Assembly (NCBI GenBank): GCA_963768855.1
Contig: CAVYJM010000012.1
Span: 58,961-122,960, forward strand
From: an uncultured Thermoplasmata archaeon
GTDB taxonomy: Archaea > Thermoplasmatota > Thermoplasmata > RBG-16-68-12
Direction of reading: 5' to 3'
DNA length: 64,000 nucleotides
The translations under genes were made by a program, and so were the position numbers. How positions within the stretch are numbered: the first letter of the stretch is position 1; each line of letters starts with the position of its first letter. The notes below the pieces were generated by a model that did not search any database, was not told the DNA's origin, and saw only the letters and a program-made list of their open reading frames with translations. Of this stretch, positions 19,379 to 28,856 are shown piece by piece.

Positions 19379-20294
19379 CGCTCAGCGCGCTCTGCACGTT
19401 GTCGATCTTGTTCGCCACGGTGAAGAAAGGCGAACCGGCGAAGAGCAGGCCGACCGCGTTCCCCTGGAAGTCCATGATCAGCGCGCCGGAATCCCCGCCG
19501 GCGCTGAAGGAGCCTTTGTCTCCCCGCACGATCATCTGGTCGCTGAAGAGGTACGAGCCCGTCGCGTAGCCGACCCGGAGGGTCGCGCTGACGTCCTGGA
19601 CCACGCCGTTCGTGACCCGCGTGGTCCGGCCGCTCTTCATCACCTTCTCCTCCAGGTCGACCGCCCGCGTGCCGCGCACTCGGCCGATGTTGAGGATGTC
19701 CGGCGAAACGTCGCGCGCGTCGAACGGCAGCGCGAGCGCGGCGTCGACCGTGTTCGTCTCCTGCGTCTCGACCTTGACGAAGGCGTCGAGCCTCGCGATG
19801 ACGTCCTTGTCCTCCTTGCCCCCGTCGAACCGACCGGGCTGGAGGATCGGGTCGCCCTCCACCCCGCGGTTCTCGTTCGCCAAGACGTGGTTGTTGCTGA
19901 GGATGCAGACGTCCTGCCCACGCTTCACGAGGCAGCCGAGGGTCCCGGCCGTGATCGCGTAATGCCCGATCGACAGCCCGCCCATCGCGGGGCGCACCTT
20001 GCGGTGGTAGATTGGGGGGATGGGCCGCCAGATTGAGAACTCCCCCGCCTGCTCGATGTCCGTGGGCACGCCCTCGATCTCGTCGGGGATGACCTCCCCG
20101 TCCTTCACGAGGAGCGGGTGCAGTTTCTCCTTGACATACACCTTGACCGCGACGTCTTCTGTGAGCAGGCCGTGGGTGCGCTTCTTGCCCAGGCCCACGC
20201 CGACGACGTTCGGGTTGAGGTTTGACGTCACGCCCTCCATCTCGACCCCGAGGTACTGGGCCTCGCAGACCTGCCTCGCCTCTTCCGGTTTCAT
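19365..20294 (-). CDS. Trypsin-like (S1 clan, Nal1-like) serine protease with N-terminal prodomain
   Basis: AGTLGC, LSNNHVL (His), VDAALA (Asp), GGDSG (Ser). Confidence 0.85.
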   Translation of the reverse strand: MKPEEARQVCEAQYLGVEMEGVTSNLNPNVVGVGLGKKRTHGLLTEDVAVKVYVKEKLHPLLVKDGEVIPDEIEGVPTDIEQAGEFSIWRPIPPIYHRKVRPAMGGLSIGHYAITAGTLGCLVKRGQDVCILSNNHVLANENRGVEGDPILQPGRFDGGKEDKDVIARLDAFVKVETQETNTVDAALALPFDARDVSPDILNIGRVRGTRAVDLEEKVMKSGRTTRVTNGVVQDVSATLRVGYATGSYLFSDQMIVRGDKGSFSAGGDSGALIMDFQGNAVGLLFAGSPFFTVANKIDNVQSALSVKVL

Positions 20295-20304
20295 CGCATC
20301 CCTC

Positions 20305-20517
20305 CTAGAGCGCCTTGAACGGTCCCGAGACGACGATCTCCACGGGCACGTCCTCGAGGGCGTCGGGCACGGCCTTGCGGACCTTCGGGGTGTCCTTGTC
20401 GACGTACACGCGGATGACCGGCTTCCCTCCGGACCGCCCGATGCCGACGCCGACGACGCCCGGCGTCCTCATCAGTCGGGCTTCGTGGCGATTCTTGACC
20501 TCCTCCACTGAGGCCAT
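20305..20517 (-). CDS. Small protein resembling the prodomain of the adjacent protease
   Basis: ATG 20517 with a TTTATG box upstream. Shares PGVVGVGIG, VYV and PDALEDVPVEI motifs with the protease N-terminus. Confidence 0.75.
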   Translation of the reverse strand: MASVEEVKNRHEARLMRTPGVVGVGIGRSGGKPVIRVYVDKDTPKVRKAVPDALEDVPVEIVVSGPFKAL

Positions 20518-20779
20518 GCAGACGGCATGGAGCGCGTGCGGCATAAACCCACTGAGGGGATGCCGGTATGGGGGAACCGCAGCTCTCCTTCCGCACCTCC
20601 GGTCTGGGGACGAGGTGGGTGCACCCCCGCCACTGCGGGACGGCAAAGGGGCGTCGTTCGCGGCCGCGCTTGGCCGGGTCGTATATACACATCGGAGCCG
20701 TGGTTAGGAACGCTTAAATCGTCGGGACAGGCCATCCCTGCAAAACCTCATCGAGGTCCTTTCCAGGGAGGCGGGGACG

Positions 20780-22006
20780 ATGGCTTTTGATACAGGCGAC
20801 ATCGCCTGGGTGTTGGCGGCGACCGGTCTCGTCATGCTCATGACACCGGCCTTGGGGTTCTTCTACGGCGGTCTGGTCCGAAGGAAGAATCTCGTGTCCA
20901 CGATCGTGCAGTGTATGATTGTCTTCGCGGTCGTGAGCCTCGTTTGGGCCCTGTGGGGCTACAGCCTGGCCTTCGGCCCGAACGTCGGAGGGGTCATCGG
21001 AAACCTCAACAACGCCGTGCTCATCGGAGTCGATGCGAAGACGCCCTCCTTCTACGCCGCGACCATCCCAGCCCTCCTTTACTTTGCGTTCCAACTCAAG
21101 TTCGCGGCGATCACTCCCGCCCTCATCATCGGGGCCTTCGCGGAGCGGATCCGGTTCAAGGCCCTCCTCATCTTCATCGTGCTCTGGGCCACGCTCATCT
21201 ACGCCCCGATCGCGCATTGGGTCTGGGGCGACGGCGGATGGCTGCGGGCCCTGGGCGTGCTCGACTTCGCGGGCGGTCTCGTCGTCCACGTCTCCGCGGG
21301 CCTCTCGGCGGTGGCTGCGGCGTTGGTCATCGGCCGGCGCAAGGACCTGGATGGGAACCACAACCCCCGGCCCAACAACATCCCCTTCGTGATTCTTGGT
21401 GCAGCGATCCTGTGGTTCGGTTGGTTCGGGTTCAACGGCGGGAGCGCGCTCCGGGCGGACGATGTGGCGGTCAACGCGCTCGTGGTGACGAACCTGTCGG
21501 CCTCCGCATCCGCGGTCAGCTGGATGCTCGTCGACTGGATCTGGAAGGGGAAGCCCTCGGCCGTCGGCATCTCAATCGGAGCGGTCGCCGGGATGGTGGC
21601 CATCACGCCCGCGGCCGGATTCGTCGGACCCGCCGCCAGCTTGGTGATCGGAGTCGGGGCTGGGATCGCTTCGAACCTCGTCTCGAACTGGCGCGCTCGA
21701 ACCCACCTGGACGACTCCCTGGATGTCTTCGCCTGTCACGGGATGGGCGCCATCTGGGGGATGATTGCCACGGGGATCTTCGCCGATGTCGCGATCAATT
21801 CGGCCGGGGGGAACGGGATCCTCAATGGGAACTTCGGACTCATTGGAGTCCAGGCGCTTGGAGTGGCCGTCGTCGCGGCGTTCTCGTTCTTCGGGTCGTT
21901 CGGCCTCCTGAAGCTGATCAACCTCTTCACCCCGGTGCGCGTCAGCCCTGCGGAAGAGGAGGCAGGCCTCGACCTGAGCCAGCACGGCGAGGAAGCCTAC
22001 ACTTGA
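20780..22006 (+). CDS. amtB: Ammonium transporter
   Basis: LGFFYGGLVR, FQLKFAAIT, DFAGGLVVH, WFGWFGFNGGS, DDSLDVFACHG. Confidence 0.96.
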   Translation: MAFDTGDIAWVLAATGLVMLMTPALGFFYGGLVRRKNLVSTIVQCMIVFAVVSLVWALWGYSLAFGPNVGGVIGNLNNAVLIGVDAKTPSFYAATIPALLYFAFQLKFAAITPALIIGAFAERIRFKALLIFIVLWATLIYAPIAHWVWGDGGWLRALGVLDFAGGLVVHVSAGLSAVAAALVIGRRKDLDGNHNPRPNNIPFVILGAAILWFGWFGFNGGSALRADDVAVNALVVTNLSASASAVSWMLVDWIWKGKPSAVGISIGAVAGMVAITPAAGFVGPAASLVIGVGAGIASNLVSNWRARTHLDDSLDVFACHGMGAIWGMIATGIFADVAINSAGGNGILNGNFGLIGVQALGVAVVAAFSFFGSFGLLKLINLFTPVRVSPAEEEAGLDLSQHGEEAYT

Positions 22007-22229
22007 AGGGCGTGCAGAAGGACACAAGGATGAGGGCCCGCGAGATCAGCGCGGCCCAGCCGTGAAACCGAATACGGCCTCCGGCCAAGCCGTGGAGGCG
22101 GCGGCACCAGATCGTCGGGACCGGCACCTACGGCACTGCCGCGGGTGCCCCATCGCCCCCGGGTGAGGGGCGGGGAGGACGCATGGGTGCCCCTGGACCC
22201 AGCGCCTCGTCAGATTGTGCGAGGGCACT

Positions 22230-23624
22230 TCACGGCGGCGGGGGTCGGATGTAGCCGTCCTGCATCAGGGTGCGGGTCAGGTCATGGGCCCGCTTGATCT
22301 GAGCGTACGCGGTGTCGTGCAGGTCTTGGCGGGTGCGCTTCACGCGGGCGATACCCTGCTCCTGGGCCTTCATCGCGACCGCGACGGCCTCGCTCACGAA
22401 GACCTCGAGGTCGTCCATCGTCGGCACGATGTGCTCCTCGTCGAGCCCACGCTCCTCCTGGAAGCGCGCGAGCTCCGTTGCCGCGGCGATGCACATCTCG
22501 TCCGTGATCGTCTTCGCGCGCACGTCCAGGGTGCCGCGGAAGATCCCGGGGAAGCCGAGGCTGTTGTTGACTTGGTTCGGGAAGTCGCTGCGGCCCGTCG
22601 CGATGACGCGCGCTCCGGCCTCCTGGGCCTCCCAGGGCCAGATTTCCGGCACCGGGTTCGCGATGGCGAAGATGATCGAGTCGTCCGCCATGCCCGCGAC
22701 CCATTCCTTCTTGATTGTGCCGGGCCCGGGCTTGGACGCCGCGATGACGACGTCGGCACCCTTCATGCCCTCCGGGATGCCTCCGTGCCGGTCCTCGATG
22801 TTCGTGGTCTGGGCGAGCTCCCACTTCTCGACGTACTCCTTGGCCTGCGCCTCGAGGTCCTTGCGGTGCTTGCAGATGATGCCTTTCGAGTCGACGAGGA
22901 TGAGGTTCTTCGCGCTCGCGCCGGCGTCGAGGAGGACCTTCGCGGTCCGGATGTTCGACGCCCCGGAGCCCACGAGGGTGATCGTGGCCTCGGACATCTT
23001 CTTCCCGACGACCTTGAGGGCGTTGATCACGCCCGCGGTGTTGATCGTCGCGGTCCCTTGCTGGTCGTCGTGCCAGACCGCGATCTCGCACTCCTTGCGG
23101 AGGCGCTGCAGGATGTAGAAGCACTTGGGCTGGGAGATGTCCTCGAGGTTGATCCCGCCGAAGTTGGGCGTGATCAGCTTGACCGTCTCGATGATCTTCT
23201 CCGGGTCCTTCGTCGCGAGCGGGATGGGGACTGCGTCGATGCCACCCAGGTACTTGAACAGGAGTCCCTTGCCCTCCATGACCGGGAGACCCGCCTCCGG
23301 GCCGATGTCGCCGAGGCCGAGGACCCGCGTCCCGTCCGTCACGACGGCCACGTTGTTCCACTTGTTCGTCAAGGACCAGACCTTGAGCGGATCCGCCTTG
23401 ATCTCCAGACACGGCTGCGCCACGCCGGGGGTGTACCAGATTCCGAAGTCGCTCAGGCTCCGGACGGGCACGCGCGGCACGACCTCGATCTTGCCTTGGT
23501 AGAAGGGATGATACTTCGCGCTGAGTTCCTTGGGCAGGTTCGCCTTCTTGAGGTTTTCCTCGACTTCCTGCGGGGTCGGGGCCTTGATAGCCTTTCCGGC
23601 CGGTCGCTTCTTCTGTGCGAGCAT
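22230..23624 (-). CDS. NAD(P)-dependent malic enzyme (short form, no PTA domain)
   Basis: YTPGVA, VTDGTRVLGLGDIG, INLEDI, HDDQQGTA, ATGRSDFPNQVNN. Confidence 0.95.
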   Translation of the reverse strand: MLAQKKRPAGKAIKAPTPQEVEENLKKANLPKELSAKYHPFYQGKIEVVPRVPVRSLSDFGIWYTPGVAQPCLEIKADPLKVWSLTNKWNNVAVVTDGTRVLGLGDIGPEAGLPVMEGKGLLFKYLGGIDAVPIPLATKDPEKIIETVKLITPNFGGINLEDISQPKCFYILQRLRKECEIAVWHDDQQGTATINTAGVINALKVVGKKMSEATITLVGSGASNIRTAKVLLDAGASAKNLILVDSKGIICKHRKDLEAQAKEYVEKWELAQTTNIEDRHGGIPEGMKGADVVIAASKPGPGTIKKEWVAGMADDSIIFAIANPVPEIWPWEAQEAGARVIATGRSDFPNQVNNSLGFPGIFRGTLDVRAKTITDEMCIAAATELARFQEERGLDEEHIVPTMDDLEVFVSEAVAVAMKAQEQGIARVKRTRQDLHDTAYAQIKRAHDLTRTLMQDGYIRPPPP

Positions 23625-23798
23625 GATCTCACCCGAGAACGATATTGCGCGACACCCCTGGGACGCCGTTTAAACCTTTCTCCCGGAACGTATGTTCCAT
23701 GGGTACGGAATCGTCACGTAACGAAGACGCGGGAGGCCCCTTCACGATCCGCGCCGTCGGGGCCCAGGTTTATCCGAGGCGGCGTTCGTGGAAGGCGT

Positions 23799-24533
23799 GT
23801 GCTCACCACGGTAGTCGATCGAACGCATCGCGCGGACGTCGCGGCTGTTCGTTCCACGTTTCAGGATGTCGAGCGCAGGCTCGCGGAGCACGACTTGCGG
23901 GTCGCGTGGCCCGTCGCGGTCGAGGTCGTCTCGATGCCGATTATGGGCGCCACGAAGTCCGTCAAGGGCCACCACACCCTCTTCGCCTCGCTCGACGCCG
24001 TACGCTCCAATGCGCTCGACGGGCTCCTCGCGCACGAGATGGGCCACATGATCCGGACCGAGGCCCGCCACCCCTCTCACGATCCCGTGATCTACGAGGC
24101 GATGGGCAAGGCGGTGCACGTTCCCCGCGCGGGGCTGCACGCCCTCGGGGAGGCCTTCAACCACGTCCAGGACATCTACGCTGACGATCTTGCGTTCCTA
24201 TCCGGCTTCGAGGACCGCGCGCACGAGTTCTTCCGAGTGTGGATCGAGGGCAACTCCCGAAGGCGGAGCAAGGACCGCTGGCAGAACGTGAGTCACAGCG
24301 TGACGAACGGCTTTGCCCTCGGGAACCTCCGGCGTCACGGGTTACTGGAGCCGGACGATCCGCTCTGGCTCCCGGCCCACAGTTACGACCAGCGGTCCGG
24401 TTTCAAGGCCGTCGACGGATTCGCGGAGTACTTCGCGACCCTCCCCCCGGATCCGACACCCCCGGCCTTCGTGGAGCGCGTGAAGTTCCTGGCGGATTCC
24501 ATGTCGCGGACCGCCGACTCGCGCAGCCTTTAA
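23799..24533 (+). CDS. HExxH zinc-metallopeptidase-like protein of unknown function
   Basis: GTG 23799 with a TTTATC box upstream; LLAHEMGH motif and a distal NHVQDIYAD. Confidence 0.7.
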   Translation: MLTTVVDRTHRADVAAVRSTFQDVERRLAEHDLRVAWPVAVEVVSMPIMGATKSVKGHHTLFASLDAVRSNALDGLLAHEMGHMIRTEARHPSHDPVIYEAMGKAVHVPRAGLHALGEAFNHVQDIYADDLAFLSGFEDRAHEFFRVWIEGNSRRRSKDRWQNVSHSVTNGFALGNLRRHGLLEPDDPLWLPAHSYDQRSGFKAVDGFAEYFATLPPDPTPPAFVERVKFLADSMSRTADSRSL

Positions 24534-24574
24534 TAGGAAGGGGAAGGTGAACCCGCGTCACGCGAGGTGACCGT

Positions 24575-25462
24575 GTGCCCGAGGAGCTAGACACGACCCA
24601 GGTCCCGCCCCACATCATGGCGGCCATGCGCGAGCGCATGAAGATGGCGCAGCGCATGGGGAAGATCAAGCACAAGATCGTGGTCATGTCCGGGAAGGGC
24701 GGCGTTGGAAAATCGACCTGTGCAGCGAACTTGGCGTGTGTTCTCGCGACAGAAGGCAGAGTCGGCCTCGTCGACGCCGACGTCACGGGCCCGGACATCG
24801 CCATGATCATGGGCGTCGAGGACGCCGAGGTCGTCTCGAAGCAGGTCGGCAGTGAGACCCTCATGGAGCCCGTCGTCGGACCCAAAGGCGTCAAGGTCAT
24901 CTCGATGGCCCACCTGATCGACCGCGACACGGCGGTCGTATGGCGCGGGCCGCTCAAGATCAAGGCGCTCAAACAAATGCTCTCGGACGTGAACTGGGGA
25001 GAGCTCGACTACCTGGTCATCGACCTGCCGCCGGGGACGAGCGACGAGCCGCTGAGCATCGCGCAGGAGATTCCCGACGCGGACGGAGCCGTCGTCGTCA
25101 CGACGCCGCAGGAGGTCTCCCTCCTAGACGTCCGCAAGAGCATCAGCTTCGCGAAGGCCGTCAACCTCCCGATCCTCGGGGTCGTCGAGAACATGAGCGG
25201 CCTCGTGTGCCCGCACTGCGGCAAGGAGATCGATGTGTTCAAGATCGGCGGCGGCGAGGCGGCCGCGAAGGAGCTCGGCCTCCCCTTCCTGGGGCGGATC
25301 CCGCTCGATCCTCGGATCGTCGTGGGCGGGGATGCCGGGAAGCCGTTCGTCCTCGAGCATCCTGATTCGCCGGCGGCGAAGGCTTTCCAGTCCGTGGTCG
25401 CAAGCCTGACGGCGCAGCTCAAGGAGCCCAAGCCGCGTCCGAGCGGCCCGCTCGCGAAGTGA
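24575..25462 (+). CDS. apbC: Mrp/NBP35 (ApbC) Fe-S cluster carrier ATPase
   Basis: SGKGGVGKS, VWRGP, IDLPPGTSD, ENMSGLVCPHC. Confidence 0.94.
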   Translation: MPEELDTTQVPPHIMAAMRERMKMAQRMGKIKHKIVVMSGKGGVGKSTCAANLACVLATEGRVGLVDADVTGPDIAMIMGVEDAEVVSKQVGSETLMEPVVGPKGVKVISMAHLIDRDTAVVWRGPLKIKALKQMLSDVNWGELDYLVIDLPPGTSDEPLSIAQEIPDADGAVVVTTPQEVSLLDVRKSISFAKAVNLPILGVVENMSGLVCPHCGKEIDVFKIGGGEAAAKELGLPFLGRIPLDPRIVVGGDAGKPFVLEHPDSPAAKAFQSVVASLTAQLKEPKPRPSGPLAK

Positions 25463-25885
25463 TCAGGTCCAGCGCTTGAGGACGGCCTCAATCTGGGGAC
25501 GCGGGAGCGCGCCCACGATCCCGTCCACGAGCTTCCCGTCCTTGAACACGAGCATCGTGGGGATCGACATGACCCCGTACCGCTCCGAGGTCCGGGCGTT
25601 CTCGTCCACGTTCAGCTTCCCGAGTCGCATCTTGCCCGCCTGGTCCTTCGCGATCGCCTCGAGGGTCGGGGAGACGCGCAGGCACGGGCCGCACCACGCG
25701 GCCCAGAAGTCGACGAGGATCACTCCGGCCTTCCGGACTTCTGCATCGAACGTCGCGTCCGTCAGGAGGACGGGCTTGCCCCCCGCGGGGGTGGGCGCGG
25801 CGACCCCGGGGGTCTTCGCGCCGCCCATGAGCTCCTGCAGCCGCCGTGCGCGAATCGCCTCGAGTTCCGCGTCAGGTTCGGCCAT
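25463..25885 (-). CDS. trxA: Thioredoxin
   Basis: DFWAAWCGPC and MSIPT. Confidence 0.94.
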   Translation of the reverse strand: MAEPDAELEAIRARRLQELMGGAKTPGVAAPTPAGGKPVLLTDATFDAEVRKAGVILVDFWAAWCGPCLRVSPTLEAIAKDQAGKMRLGKLNVDENARTSERYGVMSIPTMLVFKDGKLVDGIVGALPRPQIEAVLKRWT

Positions 25886-25932
25886 GATGAATCGAGCCGG
25901 GCCGCGGAATAAAAGGGTTTGGTTCGCACGGC

Positions 25933-27237
25933 CTAAGCGGTGACCCGCGCGAAGTCCGGGAGCTCGGGCGCCATGGGTCCGAGGAGGGCAACCTCTCGCC
26001 GGATCATGGAGAACTCTCGCTGCTGGAACGCGGAGGGATCCATCGGGATCAGGAGGATCGCGTCATGCAGGGCGACGATCTCGTTGAGGTCGTGGAGCAG
26101 CGCGAGGACGGAGCTGAAGTCGTTGTGCGCGATGAGGTACTCGAACCCGTCAAGGAGGACGACCGCGCTCTCTCCGACGGAGATGAAGTGCTCAATGGCC
26201 AGGGCGACCTTCTCGGGCGGTGAGGGCCGCACGGAGTTCTTCTCCGTGGCCACGCGGCTGAGCCACAGGATCGGCGTCTTCTCAAGGCCGTAGTCCTGCA
26301 TGATCGTCTTGGGAGACCGGCGGCTGATGCACAGCCCCTGCGCCCCGTGCGTCACGAGGTCCCGGAAGATCTCGAAGCTCTGGGCCCCGTCTCGCTCGAG
26401 GATCGCATACGTCCGCGCGCGCTCGAGCTGGTAGGTCGGCGTGGTCTGGGACTGGGTCTCCGCCGCGGGGACGATGAGCTCCTGGAGGAACGACTTCTCG
26501 CGGATGGCGAACGCGATGAGCCCGATCAGGGCCATCTCGACCACGAAGCCGGGCGCCCGCAGGTCGATCCCGTAGTTGGGCAGGACGATCTCGAACAGCA
26601 GCTCCCCGATTGCGAAGCCGCTGATCCCGAGGATGATCAGGTACGTGTCCCGCCGCACCTCAGGTCCCGCGTTCGTGCGCCGCATGTGCGTGATGAAGCG
26701 ATAGGGGGCGTAGAGCGTCAGCGTCGCGACCGCCACGCCGTTGACGAAGAGGAAGTAGGGTTCGAAGCGGATCGTGATCAGCGGGTAGCTGGTCAGGTCG
26801 ACCGTCTCCGGAGAAATGTAGATGGCCACAACGGCGAGGACCATGATGAAGACATAGAAGACGTAGGAGTTCGGGAACTCATCCGTCATGTACCTCATGA
26901 AGTCCCGGCGGGTCGTGATCTCCGGCGTCGTCGCGACGACGATGAACGCCCCGATCGTGATGCTGAACGCGTAGTCGAAGGTCGCCTGGACCTTCTTGGA
27001 GAGCAGGATGCTGTTCGTCAGAGCGTTTGGATCGGCGATGCTCGGCTGGGTCAGATAGATCGAGATGAGTGTGTTCGAGATCACCGCGCACATCAGGAGG
27101 AACGTCGCGAAGAGCAGGACGTGCTTCTGGAAGTCCTTGTGCGTCTTCTGCCGCAGGATTGCGATTACGACGAGCAGGGAGAGGAAGAGAGCGCTGATCG
27201 CGCTCAGGTACCCGACGATGTTGGGCTCACCGGCCAG
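25933..27237 (-). CDS. Multi-TM protein with C-terminal DUF835 domain; predicted CTG start
   Basis: About 7 TM segments followed by GLCISRRSP, PILWLS and VLLDGFEYL. The frame extends to CTG 27237 after GGAGGT. Confidence 0.8.
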   Translation of the reverse strand: MAGEPNIVGYLSAISALFLSLLVVIAILRQKTHKDFQKHVLLFATFLLMCAVISNTLISIYLTQPSIADPNALTNSILLSKKVQATFDYAFSITIGAFIVVATTPEITTRRDFMRYMTDEFPNSYVFYVFIMVLAVVAIYISPETVDLTSYPLITIRFEPYFLFVNGVAVATLTLYAPYRFITHMRRTNAGPEVRRDTYLIILGISGFAIGELLFEIVLPNYGIDLRAPGFVVEMALIGLIAFAIREKSFLQELIVPAAETQSQTTPTYQLERARTYAILERDGAQSFEIFRDLVTHGAQGLCISRRSPKTIMQDYGLEKTPILWLSRVATEKNSVRPSPPEKVALAIEHFISVGESAVVLLDGFEYLIAHNDFSSVLALLHDLNEIVALHDAILLIPMDPSAFQQREFSMIRREVALLGPMAPELPDFARVTA

Positions 27238-27419
27238 AGGGTTACCTCCTCGATGTCTTCGACGCGTTCCCGGTGGGGTCCCTTGCTATTTAAGCGGTCT
27301 TCGCTTGTTATCAGTCGAGATTCCAGCCCCGCCATCCTAGCGTTCTCATGATTGAGAATCGGAATGGATAACCTCACGGTGGTCCTTCATACCCTTGAAC
27401 TCCAAGGCCGGTAGAGGTT

Positions 27420-28721
27420 GTGGCCTTGACGGTCCAAGCCTATCAGGTTCTTGGGATCAACCGCGAGGATGTGGAGCTTCTCTCGCACACGGTCCTTCGG
27501 CTCGGCGGCTACGCCGAAGGTCTCTTCGACTTCCATGACTTCGGGTTCGAGAAGTCGATCCTGCGGCAGCACGTGTCGAACGTCTATGAGATGCTCCTTC
27601 ACATGAAGGAGCGCTCCACGAGCTTCGGCCTCCCGCTGCGGCCGCCGAATCTCCCGCCGAGCGCTTTCTGGGAGGACCAGGGAGAAACCTGGAACTACCT
27701 GCAGACCCTCCGCTTCGCAGCCGGCTCGATCATGATGTCGGAGGACTACCGGCGCTATATGACCGCGGACAACCTGTACAACGCAATGACCGCGAAAGTC
27801 CTCCACAAGTGTATGATCGGCATCCTCGACGACCTGATCGACAAGGGCACCTACTCGTACCTCGAGGCCAAGGACCTACATCACGTGGTCCTCAGCTCCA
27901 TGGTGGACCCGGACTTCGACGAGACGGTCTACGTGAAGCGACTCATCTCGATGCTGAAGCAGGAGCACGTCCCGCTGTTCGACCTGATGAACAGCATCAC
28001 GAAAGGATTCAACGCTCTCTGGAATCACTCCCCTCACGGGGCCGACTACTTCTACCAGATGGAGGTCCTCGACGAGCGCGTGGCGCTCGGTCAGGCCCTC
28101 ACGATGTTCCAGAAGGAGCCGAACTTCAGTATCAACAAGATGCACAAGGTCGCCAGCGCGTTCTACGAGCCCCAGGGTGACATGACCTGGTGGGAGAAGC
28201 TCGGAGCTCACGTCTCCGCGACGGTCCGGTACAACTTCATCGACATGGCCTTTGCGGACCGTGTGTACGACCTCAAGCGGCTCGAGAACTTCCTCGCCGG
28301 ATGGTACTACTACGATACCGCGATCATCCTCATGGACCACGTCACGAGCATCCACCAGGACCTCCGCAACGGGATCGGGAACCTCTCCCTGATCGCGATG
28401 CGGACGAAGGAGCTCGAGAGCACCTCGAGCCTCCGCGCCTACAACCCCGCGCTCACCGTCGAGGACTACGACGGGCACCTGCGCCGGATTGCCGCCCTGA
28501 CTTCGAAGGCCCTCGAGCTCGTGGATCACGACTTCCACGACGAGAATCTGTTCTACCCCTTCCTCACGATCATGATGCCCGTCGTCATGATGGCGGACTG
28601 GATCGGGAAGCGGGACGACATGATCCACACGTTCCTGGACGCCATCGCGCCCGCGATCCGGCGGGTGTCCGCGGTCGCCGCCGAGGTCCCCGAGATCGCG
28701 TCGACCCGCCAGCCTGCGTAG
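27420..28721 (+). CDS. Putative class I isoprenoid/terpene synthase-fold protein
   Basis: DDLID at 27828-27842 and an NSE/DTE-like DHVTSIHQD at 28335-28361; adjacent to a prenyltransferase gene. Confidence 0.55.
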   Translation: MALTVQAYQVLGINREDVELLSHTVLRLGGYAEGLFDFHDFGFEKSILRQHVSNVYEMLLHMKERSTSFGLPLRPPNLPPSAFWEDQGETWNYLQTLRFAAGSIMMSEDYRRYMTADNLYNAMTAKVLHKCMIGILDDLIDKGTYSYLEAKDLHHVVLSSMVDPDFDETVYVKRLISMLKQEHVPLFDLMNSITKGFNALWNHSPHGADYFYQMEVLDERVALGQALTMFQKEPNFSINKMHKVASAFYEPQGDMTWWEKLGAHVSATVRYNFIDMAFADRVYDLKRLENFLAGWYYYDTAIILMDHVTSIHQDLRNGIGNLSLIAMRTKELESTSSLRAYNPALTVEDYDGHLRRIAALTSKALELVDHDFHDENLFYPFLTIMMPVVMMADWIGKRDDMIHTFLDAIAPAIRRVSAVAAEVPEIASTRQPA

Positions 28722-28856
28722 TCCCACGACTTGGAGGTACCGCCCCTCCCGGTAGGGACACGTAGGTCCCGGACGACTAGGTACCGTCGCGTTAATAAAC
28801 CGTTATATATGCCCCAATCCTAGTCGAAATTGCACGCGCGTGGGGAGTGGGGCCCG

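Noticed and set aside
20575-20610. SRP helix-8-like AGGTGCGGAAGGAGAGC on the minus strand
   Set aside because: The stem does not pair properly and there is no room for a full archaeal SRP RNA.
22007-22229. Structured RNA or small ORF between amt and the malic enzyme gene
   Set aside because: Only short GC stems expected by chance; no recognisable motif or start signal.
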